Shown: positions 24,541-38,545 of the stretch, piece after piece | Layout of the letters: each line of letters starts with the position of its first letter | How positions within the stretch are numbered: position 1 is the stretch's first letter | Origin: Octopus sinensis | Taxonomy: Eukaryota | DNA length: 64,000 nt | Direction of reading: 5' to 3' | NCBI RefSeq assembly: GCF_006345805.1 | Contig: NC_043002.1 | Location: 35,898,001-35,962,000, forward strand | Translations under genes and position numbers: made by a program | Notes under the pieces: model-generated | Told to the model about the DNA's origin: nothing | What the model saw: only the letters and a program-made list of their open reading frames with translations | The model's database searches: none

Positions 24541-27500
24541 ATATGATGTAGGAAAGATAGAAGATATGTATTTGCTTTTATATATTCAGTATATGTGAGT
24601 ACATGTGTATGGATCATGTTTGGCTCAAACATTTACAAATACCATTGTATATATTTATTAAATGTATGTGTGTTTGTAAATGAATGTGTAAGTGTGTAAA
24701 TTACCTTCTTATCTGAATTTGTATGTATGTTGTTTTCTTTTTCTCCTCATCTTATCTCTCCATAAGTGCTTGAAAATTATGTAGTTGAAATAAAGTTTGT
24801 TTTGGTTCATAACTTAGAACATCAGAGAATTGGTTCCAGTTTGTTGAAAGTTTAAGTAAAGATCGCGATCAAAACATTTTACATATTTTTCTTGTAGCTC
24901 CTTCCTTGTTTTTAGTTGGCACAACTGTTGTAATACATCAGCAAGATATGTAGTTTGTATTCCTACATCCTCCTTACATTAGTAAATTTCATGGTACAAC
25001 TTTCTGTCTTTATAAAAACATATTTTTTAAAAATATCTTTTTACCATATGTATTAGTTTATCTACGAAAGACACCTTCATCATCACAGAAAGAACCAACT
25101 GTATATTCTATTCATTTTATATTGCAACTTGTTGATAATAACATCATCAGTTCTTGGTTTCCAACAAGCTTATCTATAGTGCATTACATTTTTAGTGGCA
25201 AGAGTAGCAAAGAGTATATGTAATTCAGTGCAAACAATTTCATTTAGAGTGCATCAGGTTTTCAATAACATTTACCATACATACAATGGCCTACTTCATA
25301 GTTTATGTCTACCATGTTCCACTTACAACATATTAGTTAACCCAAGAATATAGTGAAAAATACTTGCCCCAGGTGCTGATCATCACAATGGAACCCAGAA
25401 CTACTTCTTAACCACACAGCCATGCTTGTACCTATATCTTATTGAATTACCAGCTCAGTAATCTCAAGTTCAAGATTTACCATAGTCATTTTGAGTTGTA
25501 TACTTAATTTTACATCCTTCAGCTCACTTCACCACTGAGAATAGATATTAAATCACCTGTGAATGTAACCTGCAACAGATTTCTGTACTCTCCAGAGAGA
25601 TACTTACCTTCTATCTGTTTAAGACCATGAAGCCAAAACTAACCGCTACCTAATAATAAGGGAGTTTGTGTGGCCATCCATCTAGCTAGAATTATTGTCC
25701 AAATCTTGCTCAAATTACTTTCCTACTGTCTTTAAAAAATTGAAGGACATATTGTATAATGTAGTGCAGAATGGTCACTGCAGAAACGCATGATTCTCAA
25801 TCAAAGTCTACCTAGGTTTAATCAACAGCTACAACTATCAGCCTTCAAAAGCACGAGGGTTGAGAAAAAAAAAAATATATAAAAGACATTTACCAACTAC
25901 CTGCTGCATCTGACACTTAAAAGTCAATGTTTAATTGTCTGCACAATGTGTTAATAAAATTTAAAATTCATGTCTACATGTGTGTGCCTCTAACTGCATT
26001 CTCAATGCCATCAACTGTCAGAAGTTACTGCAGCAGTACATCGCCACTGAATACAACCTTAAATCTATCAGGTAGTCACATTGCTAAAGTCTAAATAAAT
26101 GAAAAAATAAATTTATTTATTATCCATGTTTCACTAAAATGTACACCTGCAAGTACATTCAGGTTCAGCATAAATAAACTGTTTTACTGCATTCTTTATT
26201 CACTAGTTTTACTGTTGTAGTCATAGCAACTACTGTACACTTTTAATGTTAATCTTACTATGTATTGCAAGTCTTTTATGTATCTTAATGTAGAATTGAA
26301 AAAAAAAAAAACAACAAAAAACAAAACACTGGAAATAAATAAAATGCTCATTGTTTACTCTTATTGAGAGGCTTATTTCATTGTCTGAAAGTGATGTTGG
26401 TGGTGATGGTAGTAGTTTAGCAATAGGTTAGCCTTAATTTAGCACACCTATGATCAAAGGCTTTCCAGCAATAACCAGTCACAAAGTCTACATTGCCTTA
26501 TGTGTTCTGTGTTTATAAAACAGAAGAGTGTGATTTGAGGAAGGTTCACTAGCTCCTGAATCTCCATCACTTCAGTGTTTATGTATTAAGCATCTTTTAT
26601 AGCAATGTTTTAGTTTTGTTGTATCTTTGTAATCACTATCATCATCATCATCACTACCACCACCACCATTATCGTTGTCATCATCATCATCAATGTCAAT
26701 GGCATTGTTGCCTCCTCCCCCTCTTCCACCTCCTAAACATCATCATCATCATGTCCAATTTACCATGCTAGTATTGATCAAATAGGCAATCTTTACACAC
26801 CTTCCTCTTCACCAGCCTTGCATCAATGGATTACACATAAGGGTGTGTGTGTTTGTTTTGAACATTTCATTCTCAATGTCCTCACTGACAAGTAATTTCT
26901 TTGGCAGCATTTTATCACATAGTAAACAATACTAGTCTCTGTTATTGATATTCTATGGAATGGTTCCTACCAATGATGACATTTTATAATAGATGATAGG
27001 ATGTCATCATTAAAGAATGAAAGAGATGATAGCTAATAATGGAAGTACTTACATCACTTTGGGAGGTTGCTGTGTATTTCATATTCTTGTCTCCATTATA
27101 TATCTATTTAACATGCCGATACATCTTTGTAAAGAACTCCTTTTTTATCTTTCCATGTGTTTGTGTGTATCTATTTGAACATCTGTTTATATGCTATGTA
27201 TGAATTTGATAATGTATGTGTACGTACCAGTGTGTGTACATGTACTTACATGCATGTGTACACATGTGTACACAACATCAGATATATTTTTTTTCCATTG
27301 TTGACTGTATTAGTCAATATTTGATATTGTTAACTGTTGTTAGGTACAGGCATAGCTGTCTGTTCAAGAAGCACACTTTGCAACTATTGTTCTGGATTCA
27401 GTCCCATTGCAGAGTATCTTTGATGTGGCTTGATGAGATACTTTTTGAGTGAAATTTCATAGACAGAGGCTGCGTGGATTTCTGTTGTGTATATATATAT

Positions 27501-27902
27501 TGGTGCCTGCGTCAGTGCTTGAGTTTATGTTTACACCAATTAACCAGTGTTGTGTTTTTGTCCCGTTTGTTCCCTGATTAGTGATTCATCAAATAGAGAT
27601 CGATAAAATAAATACCTAACTGAAATAGCTCTTTACACAATCAGCATAACTATTTTAGTACCTGCTTAACTTGGGACAAAAAAACCAAAGCAGAATGTTT
27701 CTTAAGGAAGAGGAGCAAACATTAGCAGTTATTCTTCCACCTTAGAGCTTTAACATTGAGCTGGACTGACATAAAAAGTTCTGCTCATTGGGTAGCCTAA
27801 AAATGTTTCCCCACTTCTGGGTATTGTTCAGCAGGGAATAATATCACAATGCTTTCACTACTCACTTGACTCAATTTGACACCATAGTTTTCTAATAACA
27901 CT

Positions 27903-28025
27903 GGAAAAGATATTAGCATCACTTAACCCCAGCTAATACTTATGGGAAAGATATTAGCATCACTTAAGACCATAATATTTTTGGGAAAGATATTAGCATC
28001 ACTTAACCCCTAATATTCTCATGAA
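27903..28025. repeat. Minisatellite, 3 units of ~40 bp
   Basis: GG(A/G)AAAGATATTAGCATCACTTAA at 27903, 27944 and 27983, separated by related degenerate linkers. Confidence 0.85.
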
Positions 28026-29349
28026 AGGCATTTCCCTTTCAACTTAGCTTTTCATTTTCTCCTAAACATTTGGGGGCAGGGGTTTGTTTGTGTTTTATCA
28101 AAGAAACCAATATTTACTTATTTAGAAAAACAAAATATAGAGGTTTAGTACTCAGTGACACCATCCACATGATAATCAATAGTTAAATCAGGGTAAATAT
28201 GTTTAATGTAGAGCATCAAAAATCTAATTAAAAATACTAATATCTTAAGAAGGAAAATGTATCTCGGTTACTAATATTGTTTGCATCATTTCAACAATTA
28301 TAGCAGACAACTCCAGACAGGTTTCTGTGTTATTAAATCTTCCCAGTGAAATATAAACTTCACAATATTTACTTAGCTCAGTAAGCACGAAAAAGTAGGA
28401 GATAATTTCCCTAGCAAACTGAGTCTGCAAGCTGGTTTTGAGTGACTGTTATTGCTAAGTACTTCTTTAGTGACACCAATGCCCACTAACTCACATTGAG
28501 AAAGGCTGGAATATCATTTTAATCTCATTCTTCTTTCAGAGAAGTTTTCTATGCCTTGTATTTTAGTGAAAAAATCAATATTCTTAAGAAATCTGAATAC
28601 ATATTTATAAACTGAAATCAATTGAATAGAAAGAAGGAAATAAAAATGACTAAAAATATTTTGAAAATTTAAACATTTCAAAATCCTGAATTCATTATCT
28701 TATCGATTGGACTGAAGTATAAAAAGGAAAGTTTATACAAAACATGAATTTATATACTTTTTTTATGGATTATAGTTGGTGTGTCTTATCCATACTGTGT
28801 AGGTGGTGGCAGCAGTGAGAGCAGTAGCTGTAGTCACTAGTATATTGTTTAGTGATTAGTTAGTCAGCTGTTATTGAGTTTGAGTGTGGTCTGGGAGTTG
28901 CTATGTAAATATTAAGATAGTCTGATAGGAATTGAGGAAGCTTGATATTTATTAGCATTATAAATAGTGGTGGATTAGTCAGTTTGGTAGGCCTGCAGAC
29001 AAAACATCATACATTGCAATATTTAGTTACATCTCTTTATGCTGTGATTTCAAATCCTGTTGGGTTGACTTCATTTCATTCTTCTGGACTCGATGAAGTA
29101 CCAATCCAGCTCTGACATTGTACCTTTCTTAGAAATAGTTATTAATAACAATAACAGTGCACTGTAAAATAATTAATGTTTGGAGGAGAAATATCCAGCT
29201 GTAGAAATCATACCCAAAATGGAACATATAAGTGAAATGTGGCCCTATAACTTGTCTAGGAGGACATTAAATTCAAACAAGAACTAACCAGTTCAACCCA
29301 TGCCAGCATGGAAAATGCCCTTGAAATTAATAATAATAATAATAATATA

Positions 29350-29790
29350 CCACAGATTTGCTTGTCAGTTGTTTGACCTTAACCAGTTGAGCATGCCCCT
29401 TAGTGGCTGACGATATGTGCATCTCTGATCACGAGCAGAAGTAGTGGGAGAGCATCATAGCCATGTGTTGAAAGGAATTCTTAGAGGTTTGGATAATTCA
29501 CCTTTGGAAATGTGGGTGGTTTGTTCAACATCCTTAAACAATCCTTATTCAGGGACCTTTTGAGCGGGATGGGCTACTCGACCAGAAGAAAATTCTAACT
29601 GGACCCCACCTGCAAGGTCATACGCTGTTTATCTTGGTATGAGATCACCATGTTGTGCACATATGGTTGTGATGCATGTGCCTGGTGTACCCTTATCAGA
29701 CGGGTAGTCATGATGGGTACACTGAGTTTCATATATTTTACCCCAGTGTCACTTTGATGGCATGCAGGCTCTCTCACTCAATAATTGTAA
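29350..29790 (+). repeat. ~440 bp interspersed repeat ending in (AAT)n (probable retroelement 3' UTR or SINE)
   Basis: GC-richer block with retained CpGs, flanked by (AAT)n and ending CTCTCACTCAATAAT. Single copy in this window, so family status is inferred. Confidence 0.45.
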
Positions 29791-29805
29791 TAATAATAAT
29801 GATTT

Positions 29806-30296
29806 CAAATTTTGGCATAAGGCAGAGTCAGTTACATCAACCCAGTGCTCAACTGGTACTTATTTTATCAACTCCCAAAAGGATGAAAGACAAAGTCAAC
29901 CTTGGGGGAATTTGAACCCAGAACATAAAGACAGACAAAATGCTGCTATGTATTTTGCTCAGCGTACTAACAATTCTATCAGCTCATCGCCTACGATAGG
30001 CACAAGGCTTGGAATTTTGCAGGGAGGTGGCTAATCAGTTACAGTGACCCCAGTGCTTTACTGGTAATTATTTTATTATTATTAAGGTGGTGAGCAAGCA
30101 GAATTGCTAGCACACCAGACAAAATGCTTAGTGGCATTTTGCCCATCTTTATGTTTTGAGTTCAAATTCCAGCTGAGTCAACTATGCCTTTCATCCTTTC
30201 ATGACTGATAAAATAAGTACCAGTTGAGCACTGGGCTCAATGTAATCAACTTAACCCCTCCCCTGAAATTGCTAGCCTTGTACCAAAATTTGAAAT
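29806..30296. repeat. Divergently oriented pair of tRNA-headed SINEs, third family (plus a partial copy between)
   Basis: A - copy at 29806-29990 and a + copy at 30083-30296. Both carry GAGTTCAAATTCC and GCCTTTCATCCTTT...GATAAAATAAGTACCAGTTGAGCACTGGG. Confidence 0.8.
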
Positions 30297-31268
30297 CATC
30301 ATCATCATTATTATTATTATTCAAAAATCAGTATAAAAATTGAAATATATATTATACTAATGTATTAGTACATTGAGCTATGTGCTAACTTACTGTTTCT
30401 ATAACATACCTATCTAAATGCACTAGTTCCAGTGTGCCTTGTACTCAGATCCTTTGCTGAACATTTTTTTCCAACTATTTACACTGTAACCAAATTCCTC
30501 TGACATTTCCTCTATGTTCAAGGTTTCTCTGCCACAACTAACAACAGCAATATTTTCACAAACTATTCTCCTCTCTATCTGGATGCAGACATGCTTCTAT
30601 GGTTAAGCAGTTTGCTTTACTGATACATAATCCCAGGTTCTATTTCACTGTTCAACTTATTAGGCAAATGACTTTTGTGTGCAAGCCTGTTGATTGGCTG
30701 ATGGACTGAATCTGTCACCTGATTTAACACCACCACCTGGTTCTTCTTGGCTTTTGGGTGGTTTTGCTTCAAACATTTGCACTAGGTCTCTGATTTGAGG
30801 GTAGTTTTCTCTTTGTACCACTAAGCTTGCAGATCCTGAAAAATGTCATGGATGATATCCTTCATCTTCTGACTTGACCAGAAATTGTTATGATTACTGA
30901 TCTCTTCTTAGACTTATTAATGGAATTAGATATTAGACCTGCTAACACACTAGGAATTCCATTATTATTATTATCAGTTAAATATTTTGATATATTTCTT
31001 GAACAAATAATTAATTTATTTTGAAACATATTTATGAATATTCCACTTTTTATTTCTATTTTCAGGTTCCTGTCATACTTCATATTTTGTAAGTTCTCTT
31101 TATCTCAATTAATCTACTATCATAACATGCATGCACGCATACACACACATGTGCACACACACACACAATAAAAATATAATGATGATTACATAATTTTAAT
31201 AAATCATCATTATATAGCTATTTACCTAAAGTTATTTAACTATAAACAGCTTTATAATAACCATCGAT

Positions 31269-31269
<1 letters not shown>

Positions 31270-31352
<83 letters not shown>
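31270..31352. repeat. Long pure (AC)n microsatellite (~41 units)
   Basis: Uninterrupted AC dinucleotides. Confidence 0.95.
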
Positions 31353-31356
<4 letters not shown>

Positions 31357-32827
31357 CAAACCAAACCAATGGCTTTCGGTTCAGTGACACCAGAATAATA
31401 ATAACACAAGGTACTTTGGCAAGTGCCTTCTACTATTCCTCTGAGCTAATGAAAACCATATGATTGGATTTGGTAGACAGAAACTGAAAAGAAGCCTGTT
31501 GAATATATAGATATGTATGTATGTATGCATGCATATATATATATGTGCATGCATATGTGTGATATGTGTGATATCCATGTGCTTATTTACATCTGAGTTC
31601 TCTTGTCATGACACTTACATTTCTCATGTCGATATATCATCCACTCACTTTGTGCCTTTGAAGTCATGTGGAATAAGAAATCTTTCACTTGAGAAACAGG
31701 TATGGGCACCAAGCTATAAAACAATGCTTCAAAGACACATTTGTTTGAACCATGCTTGCATGGAAAACTGGACATAAAGCAAATGAATGAATGAACAAGA
31801 TGTGTATATCGGAATGGCTTACTGATAATAACACATTTTTTCTCAAAACTCTCAAATTATTTTCTTTTTTATATTTGTTAAGAGGAATTTTTCTCAAAAT
31901 GTAACAGAAACATTAAACAACCTATATAAGGTAATACAATATATTTTTGTTTTGTTTTTATTGGCATTACCTTAAGGTCTTTTAAAATATTTATGTCATT
32001 TACATATTACAAAGCTTCAAGCTAATTACCATACTATTTTATATTTGTATGTAAGAATTTAAGTCTTCATTTGAAGTGTGTTAGTGCCTGGATAAAGAAA
32101 GGTACTTTTGGCTTATAACTGCTGGGTTTGGATAGAGTGGCTACTCTTAGTGGAAATATTATACACATTCTCTGCTCGGCTGTAGATTACATTATGTTGT
32201 AGATAGAACAGAATTGTCTTTGTTTTATTTTCCTTAGTTACCATATTAGTATTTTTTAAATCAGAAATAGGATCCTCTCTAGCTTTCAGTGGTGAGAAAA
32301 AAACATACATATATGTGTAAATATGTATATGTTTATGCAAATACATGTACATAAATATTTCATTTACACAATAGACTACATACTCTGAGAAGAGATAGAA
32401 GTGAGAAGACAACATACGTCATCTATAATACTTTTATATAATTATAGCTATATAAATGCAATCAAAATTAATGTAGCCTTTTATATTTTCTTTCAACTTG
32501 TCCTCAGGTTGTAGACTTGCCTATCATTTTATGTTATTCGGTATATTTATGTTGTTTGGCATATTGTAATGATCCAGCTTACTATCTATAAGTGATAGTA
32601 ACCATGGTGAATACAAGCAGTCATGATCACCACCAAAGAAACAGATACTTTTCTTTTGGTGCTGCTGCTGTTAGAGTTGATAAAATTAGTATCAGTAATA
32701 TAATGAGGTGATGCTTGGCTGTGTATACTTAGAAAGTTCTCTTGCCAACCTCTGGTTCTGAGTTCAATACCACTGTGTGGCACTTTGGGCAAATATCTTC
32801 TGTCATAGCCTCAAAATGGCCAGTGCC

Positions 32828-32862
<35 letters not shown>

Positions 32863-33254
32863 TTATTGCAGTTGGTAAACAAACACTTTTTGTTTACAGT
32901 TCTCTAACTGAGGCCAGTCGCTGGTTCTCTATATCTGATGGCATGAGTGTAAGGGGATACTTTGTAATTTGGCATATTTCTAGGAAACTTGTTCCTAAAG
33001 CCTTTGTTTTTCAGTTTTCTCTCCAATGTTTATATCTTTCACCAATATACAGTAGTGAAAGATACACACACACACACTTGATGAATGTCTACACAGTTTC
33101 CATCTACCAAATTCCATTCACAAGATGTTGGTCAACCCAAGATAATGGTAGAAGATACTTATGGTCGTAGAGTGAACTGTTCAGCCACACAGTCATGCCT
33201 GTGGCCCTTGTGAATGTAATTTAGTTAACAGAAATTACGTGGAAGCCTATTATA

Positions 33255-33301
<47 letters not shown>

Positions 33302-35553
33302 ATGCATCAGCAAGAAAATTACTAATTTGTCACTGTATAAAACAAAACCTTGTTGAATTTATTCTCAGTTGCACACACATCCCTACTTGTCACTCACATT
33401 ACCAGAAATCCAGTGAACCTGTGATTGATCCACTAGAAACCTATAACCAATATATGATGCTATTGTTTTTTTTTAAATACCTGATATGTTAATATTGTAA
33501 AACAAACCAAAGAAAATAACAATAATTCAATGGGAAATGTTTCTTTTTGGCAGAGTTAAAAAATGTAGTGGAAGGGCACTCTATGTTGAGTTAAGCCTTG
33601 AGAGCACTGACCCTATTAGGAAAGGGAAATGCAATGTGGGTACAAATAAATAGCAGACAATCTTTTAATTAGCTATATCATTGTTATTCTTGAGTGGACT
33701 GGGCCTGCTGTGTGATCAATCAGTCAGTAGGAACTCAAAAATTTCAAAGTTCAGGTATGTCATACTTCTGTCAGATCTAAGAGTACCTGTCAGCATTTGA
33801 TTGGTTTGTTGGTTGGTCAGTCTGTTGAGTGGTTGGTTGGTCAGTCACTTGGTTGGTTGATTGGTTAGTGTGGTCCTGTTCAGTCCAATCATTTGTTGGT
33901 TTGACCTCCTGTTCAGCTGTGATCAAGTAGACTTACAATGGAAAAAAAAAACCCAAAGAGAAATGGGGACATAATGTAGACTTCTCATTCTGTGACTATA
34001 GAACATTTCAAACTATGAATTATTTGCTAATTTGTTGTTACTGGGTTCCCTTCTTTATTTGGACAATTTGAGAAATAACACAAAATAAAATAATCCAATG
34101 ACAAAAAAATTGCACATTGTTGCATAAAAATAGAAACATTTGATATGAACACAAAGTAATAAGACATTTAGTAGATGTTCCATCTGTAACCATGTTATAT
34201 TTTTCCCCAAACATGATTTATTTAAGCCTACATTATTCAATGTTTCCTTCTTTTTTTTTAAAAAAAAAAGTAGGATGTAATTTGAGGGAGATTTGGCTAT
34301 GTCAAAGATGACATTATCTAGTGTGTCCCTTTTCTAAGAAGGTAAAGTATGATTTTGAGGAAGATTTGGCTATTATTTCTTCCAGCTTGATCAACCACAT
34401 ACAAAATCTCTTATGTAAAGATGTAGTGAGAAAGAAGTAGTCCTTGATCTTGTTTTGCTGGTCAGTTTATTATCATTTGTGTATGAAGATTCTACTGTTA
34501 CTTGTAAGAGAGATAGTGTGAAGCAGCTGCACTTGAAATTTATTAGTGTCGAAGATAGAATGAGTTTGTTGTAAGCTGTGCAGGCATAGCCAAATGGTGA
34601 AGAAGTTCACTTCACACACACGAAGTTGTTGGTTTAATCCCACCATTGCATGATATTTTGAGTGACTGTCTTCTGCCTTCGCCTCAGCTCAGTACAAGCC
34701 GTGTTAGTGAAGATTGTTTGACAGAAGAAACATTGTGTCAAGTGAAAGCTTATTGGAACGACTGTACATATAAATCATGTACAGTCTCGATAAAGACTGC
34801 AAAGCTGGGGATGAGTACTGTGGCATAATGACATAGCAAATATCATTGGTGCCAATAATGATAAAATTGATCTTTATTTTCAATAAAAATTTAGTTTGCC
34901 ATAAGCAGACTAAGGAAGAGTTGACAGTCTACTAGGTAGCTGATGGTATTCTTCTACTAACTGTCTCCTCTCTTTCTTCTTCTCCCTCTCCCCATTTCTC
35001 TGATTTTAGATAATGATGTTCAACTATAGATTATTGCAAAGTTCAACAAAATTTCATGTTAATTCTAAATGTTTCTCTCAACATAAGCATAAAAACAAAA
35101 AAAAAAAAGACGCACAAAAAGAAACAAAGAAACAAAAACAATATAAAAACTTAAATGTCTATATTTAAAAAAATGTTTTTATGGAGTTTTATTCTCAAAA
35201 CTAAACACACACATTCTCTCTCTCTCTCTCTCTGTTCTCCCCTCTCTTTCTCTCTCTCACAGATACACACTGTTCATATATATGTATAATCAAACTTAAA
35301 TACACACTCATATATGCATAAACTCATACACATCTTACCATAAATAAATCCAACATACATTCACATCTACATACATATTTACATGCCTTCTGTAACTGTA
35401 CTGCCACCACACGTATGCACACCAAAGAAAGAAAAGCAGCAATTAGTATAATTTTTGTTGATGCTTTTTATTGGAAGAGCGTTTTGATCTTGTTCTCATA
35501 TCTTTTATAGTGTGAGTTTAACTCGTTTATCATCACATATTTCAAGGTTTTCT

Positions 35554-35611
<58 letters not shown>

Positions 35612-37249
35612 TATATATATGTATATACATATAATGCATGTATGTATTATTTTTTTTTTCTGTCTATCTCTAAATGACATAGTTTTAGGTAGTTGTAGAT
35701 ACTTTTCCAATAGATTTGTTAACTGAAGCTAAACTAGTCCAATTACTTACACTGTTGAGAAAAAATGTATTAGAGTTCAAGGAAGCTATTAGTGATCGTA
35801 TGTGTCACTCATTTTCACTGGGAACTATGCGACAAACTTCGGTTCTTTGCTTTTTCCTTCACAGAAAAATCCCTCATCTGAAATTTAACTTTCTTTAGGG
35901 CACACAAAAGAGTTTGCTATGAAGTAGTGGAAGTCTCTGTGTGGTTACTCCATCTACTAGAAACTGCAGCTATATCTAATTGAAACCACTCCCATGAAAA
36001 TGGAGGGATAGCTTGAATGATGTAATCCTAGATTTTGATGATAATATTTCTACTTGATCAGACTGAAACAATTTTACTGGTGGTTTAAATCTCATTTGTT
36101 TTATCACCTCAATTTGCACTATTTTGTTTTTAGTCAGAAAACTTGATTAGTCAGGGTTCTTAGAATAGGGAATGAAACAAACAACTAGTGTGTCTAATAT
36201 ATCAAGTTTTGAGGCCCCCCACTTGCCTGTATTATAGCTGTTAAAGCACTATGTCAAAATGACATAAGTTCACTTCCTTCTCTTTTCTGTGTCTTTTGGG
36301 TCTGCATCTACAAGTAGATATATGTTCTGCATTCATTGTTCAGTCTGTATAATAGCGTGGATGATATTATTACTTGGTTTACTTTTCACTTTATTTGAAA
36401 GAGTGTGTGTTTTTTTTATTCTACTGCTGCTTTCTCATCTTGCAATGTTGAATTGACCTTGCTCATTGTGCAATTTTTGTCACTGTGCTTGTCACTATTA
36501 CTGATTACACTGCCCAGATAAAATAGAGTGTCTTGCCTTGTGCCAATTCTGACTATCTGATTGGCTCAAGTTGTGTTGTTTAGAGTCAGGACTTGATTGA
36601 CAGGAATTTCATTCAGTCTTCCCTGATATTCATTTTCAAACCAAACTTTGTGGCTCCACCATTAAAAGCTTCACCTCATGTGGCATGAATAGTTGTCTCA
36701 ACACATTAATGAAATTAAGATAATCCCAGCTTCATTCTTATAAAGGGCATTTGTCGATCTCTCCATTTAGCATGAAATTATAAAAAAATTATCTTATAAT
36801 ACTGACTATCTGTTAAGAGAAACTTACAATTGGTTCCACAAATCAGTGCTGTGATGAGAATCTTATATCGAAATACATATATTAATTATTGATGAGAAAC
36901 CATTGTAAATGATTTCCATTTGAGGTTCAAGATAGTTAATGAGAAATAACTGTAAAAAAAATCCTTGGCTATTTAAATGACATTTTCAAATGGTCTCTTC
37001 TAGTTGTGACTTGTGTTATGCAAGGAAATTACATCCTCTATACTCAGTTGCAACTAATATATTTTATCTAACATCTATGAGACCTGTGGTAAATGAAAAT
37101 GAAAATTTAATATTTGTTTTTTTGTTTTTTTCAAAAAGAAATGCCTTATCGCATTATCTATGCTTACTAGAATTTTGTATTATCAATATGTGAATCTGAA
37201 ACAAATTTAGACATTGATTCACAACATCTCCTGTGTAACCATCTAACTT

Positions 37250-37760
37250 ATTAGATATGAGTTCTGTAACCTTTTGCCAGTCATCAAGACAAAATTTTTC
37301 AAGAACATGGCAACTCTACAAAACAATGCCTCATCTTTTTGAAACAGTCATTAACTTTGTTGCTAGAAATATTGAAATTTTTCAAAAGCTTAAAAATTGC
37401 TCCTCAAGAGTCTGTTTCAGTTATACTTATCCATCTTTAGTTTTGACTGATCAGTCTAAAATTGGAAAAATAGAGAAACCATGATGCAAACTACTAATAC
37501 TTAAATGCAAAAGGTATAATTCCTGAAGAAATTCCTATTGACAAATCAGAAATTTTATAAAGCTGCAACATCTAAAAATGCAGCTGATGAACTTGAGTTG
37601 TCAGATATGAATGACTGTTTACGCCATGCCATTATGAAATGTCATTGTTGAAAGACTGTGTTCATTATTAACTTTCACCAAGCTAAATTTAGAAACAAAA
37701 TGGAGTTGGATCGACATTCATCAATATCAAGACTTAGGATGAAACTTCACACTCCATATT
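37250..37760 (+). pseudogene. Decayed hAT-like transposase C-terminus (dimerisation domain)
   Basis: Frameshifted translation gives ...KNAADELEL...P.*NVIVERLCSLLTFTK / AKFRNKMELDRHSSISRLRM, matching 'LP.SNA.VER.FS.....K...RN.M....L..I...R'. Confidence 0.55.
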
Positions 37761-37879
37761 AAATTCACATTCAATTCACTATTTTTTTGCAATTGATCTA
37801 GCAACCCTCTCATACCTATTGCCCCTTTTAACAATAAAAGAAAGGATTATTATTATCATCATTATTATTATTATTGCAG

Positions 37880-38185
37880 TATTCATCATCATCATCATTT
37901 AATGCTTGTCTTCCATGCTGACATAGGTTGGATGGTTTGACAAGAGCTGGCAAGCCAGAGGACTTCATGAAGCTCTGCTGTCTGTTTTGGCATGGTTTTT
38001 ATAGCTAGATGCCCTTCCTAATGCCAACCACTTTACAGAGTACACTAGGTGCTTTTTACATGGCACCAGCACCAGCAAGGTCTGTTTTGGCTTGGTTTTC
38101 ATGGCTGGGTGTCCATCCTAATGCCAACCACTTTACTGAGTGGGCTAGGTGCTTTTTATGTGGCACCAGCACTGGCCAGTCAGCT
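37880..38185 (-). repeat. RTE 3'-tail copy with internal duplication
   Basis: (ATC)n then TTAATG...TTCCATGC. The block GATGCCCTTCCTAATGCCAACCACTTTAC...GGTGCTTTTTA.TGGCACCAGCAC occurs twice. Confidence 0.75.
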
Positions 38186-38198
38186 ATTATTATTATTA

Positions 38199-38244
<46 letters not shown>

Positions 38245-38545
38245 CATTATTATTATTGAGTGAGAGAGTAGCACATACTAGCAGTATTACTATATGCTTT
38301 CACTACACTACCTAACACAACTCGTGTGCCTTGGGTATGAGCTGTGGTTTCTTTCAGTGTTTTTATTTTTACTGTATTGAAAGTGCTTTGCATAGGATGC
38401 ATGCAGTGCCTAGTACAGCTATTTTCTGTATGTTATATTTATTTATAAGTTGGTATATTATTTATATTTGTAAGTTTATGTTATATATATTTTTTAAGAC
38501 TGTATGTTATATTTGTATTTGTGACTTTATTATTATTATTATTTA

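Noticed and set aside
25609-25650. Minus-strand exon with strong GTAAGTA donor
   Set aside because: The best acceptor gives stops in all frames, and the only open version needs a poor acceptor.
27903-28025. CRISPR-like repeat-spacer appearance
   Set aside because: There are only 3 units, the linkers are 15-18 nt and related to each other, there are no cas genes, and the context is eukaryotic. It is a minisatellite.
32901-32949. Plus-strand 49-nt exon candidate (SLTEASRWFSISDGMS)
   Set aside because: The donor context is weak (AGT|GTAAGG), the peptide is unrecognised, and it lies between SINE fragments.
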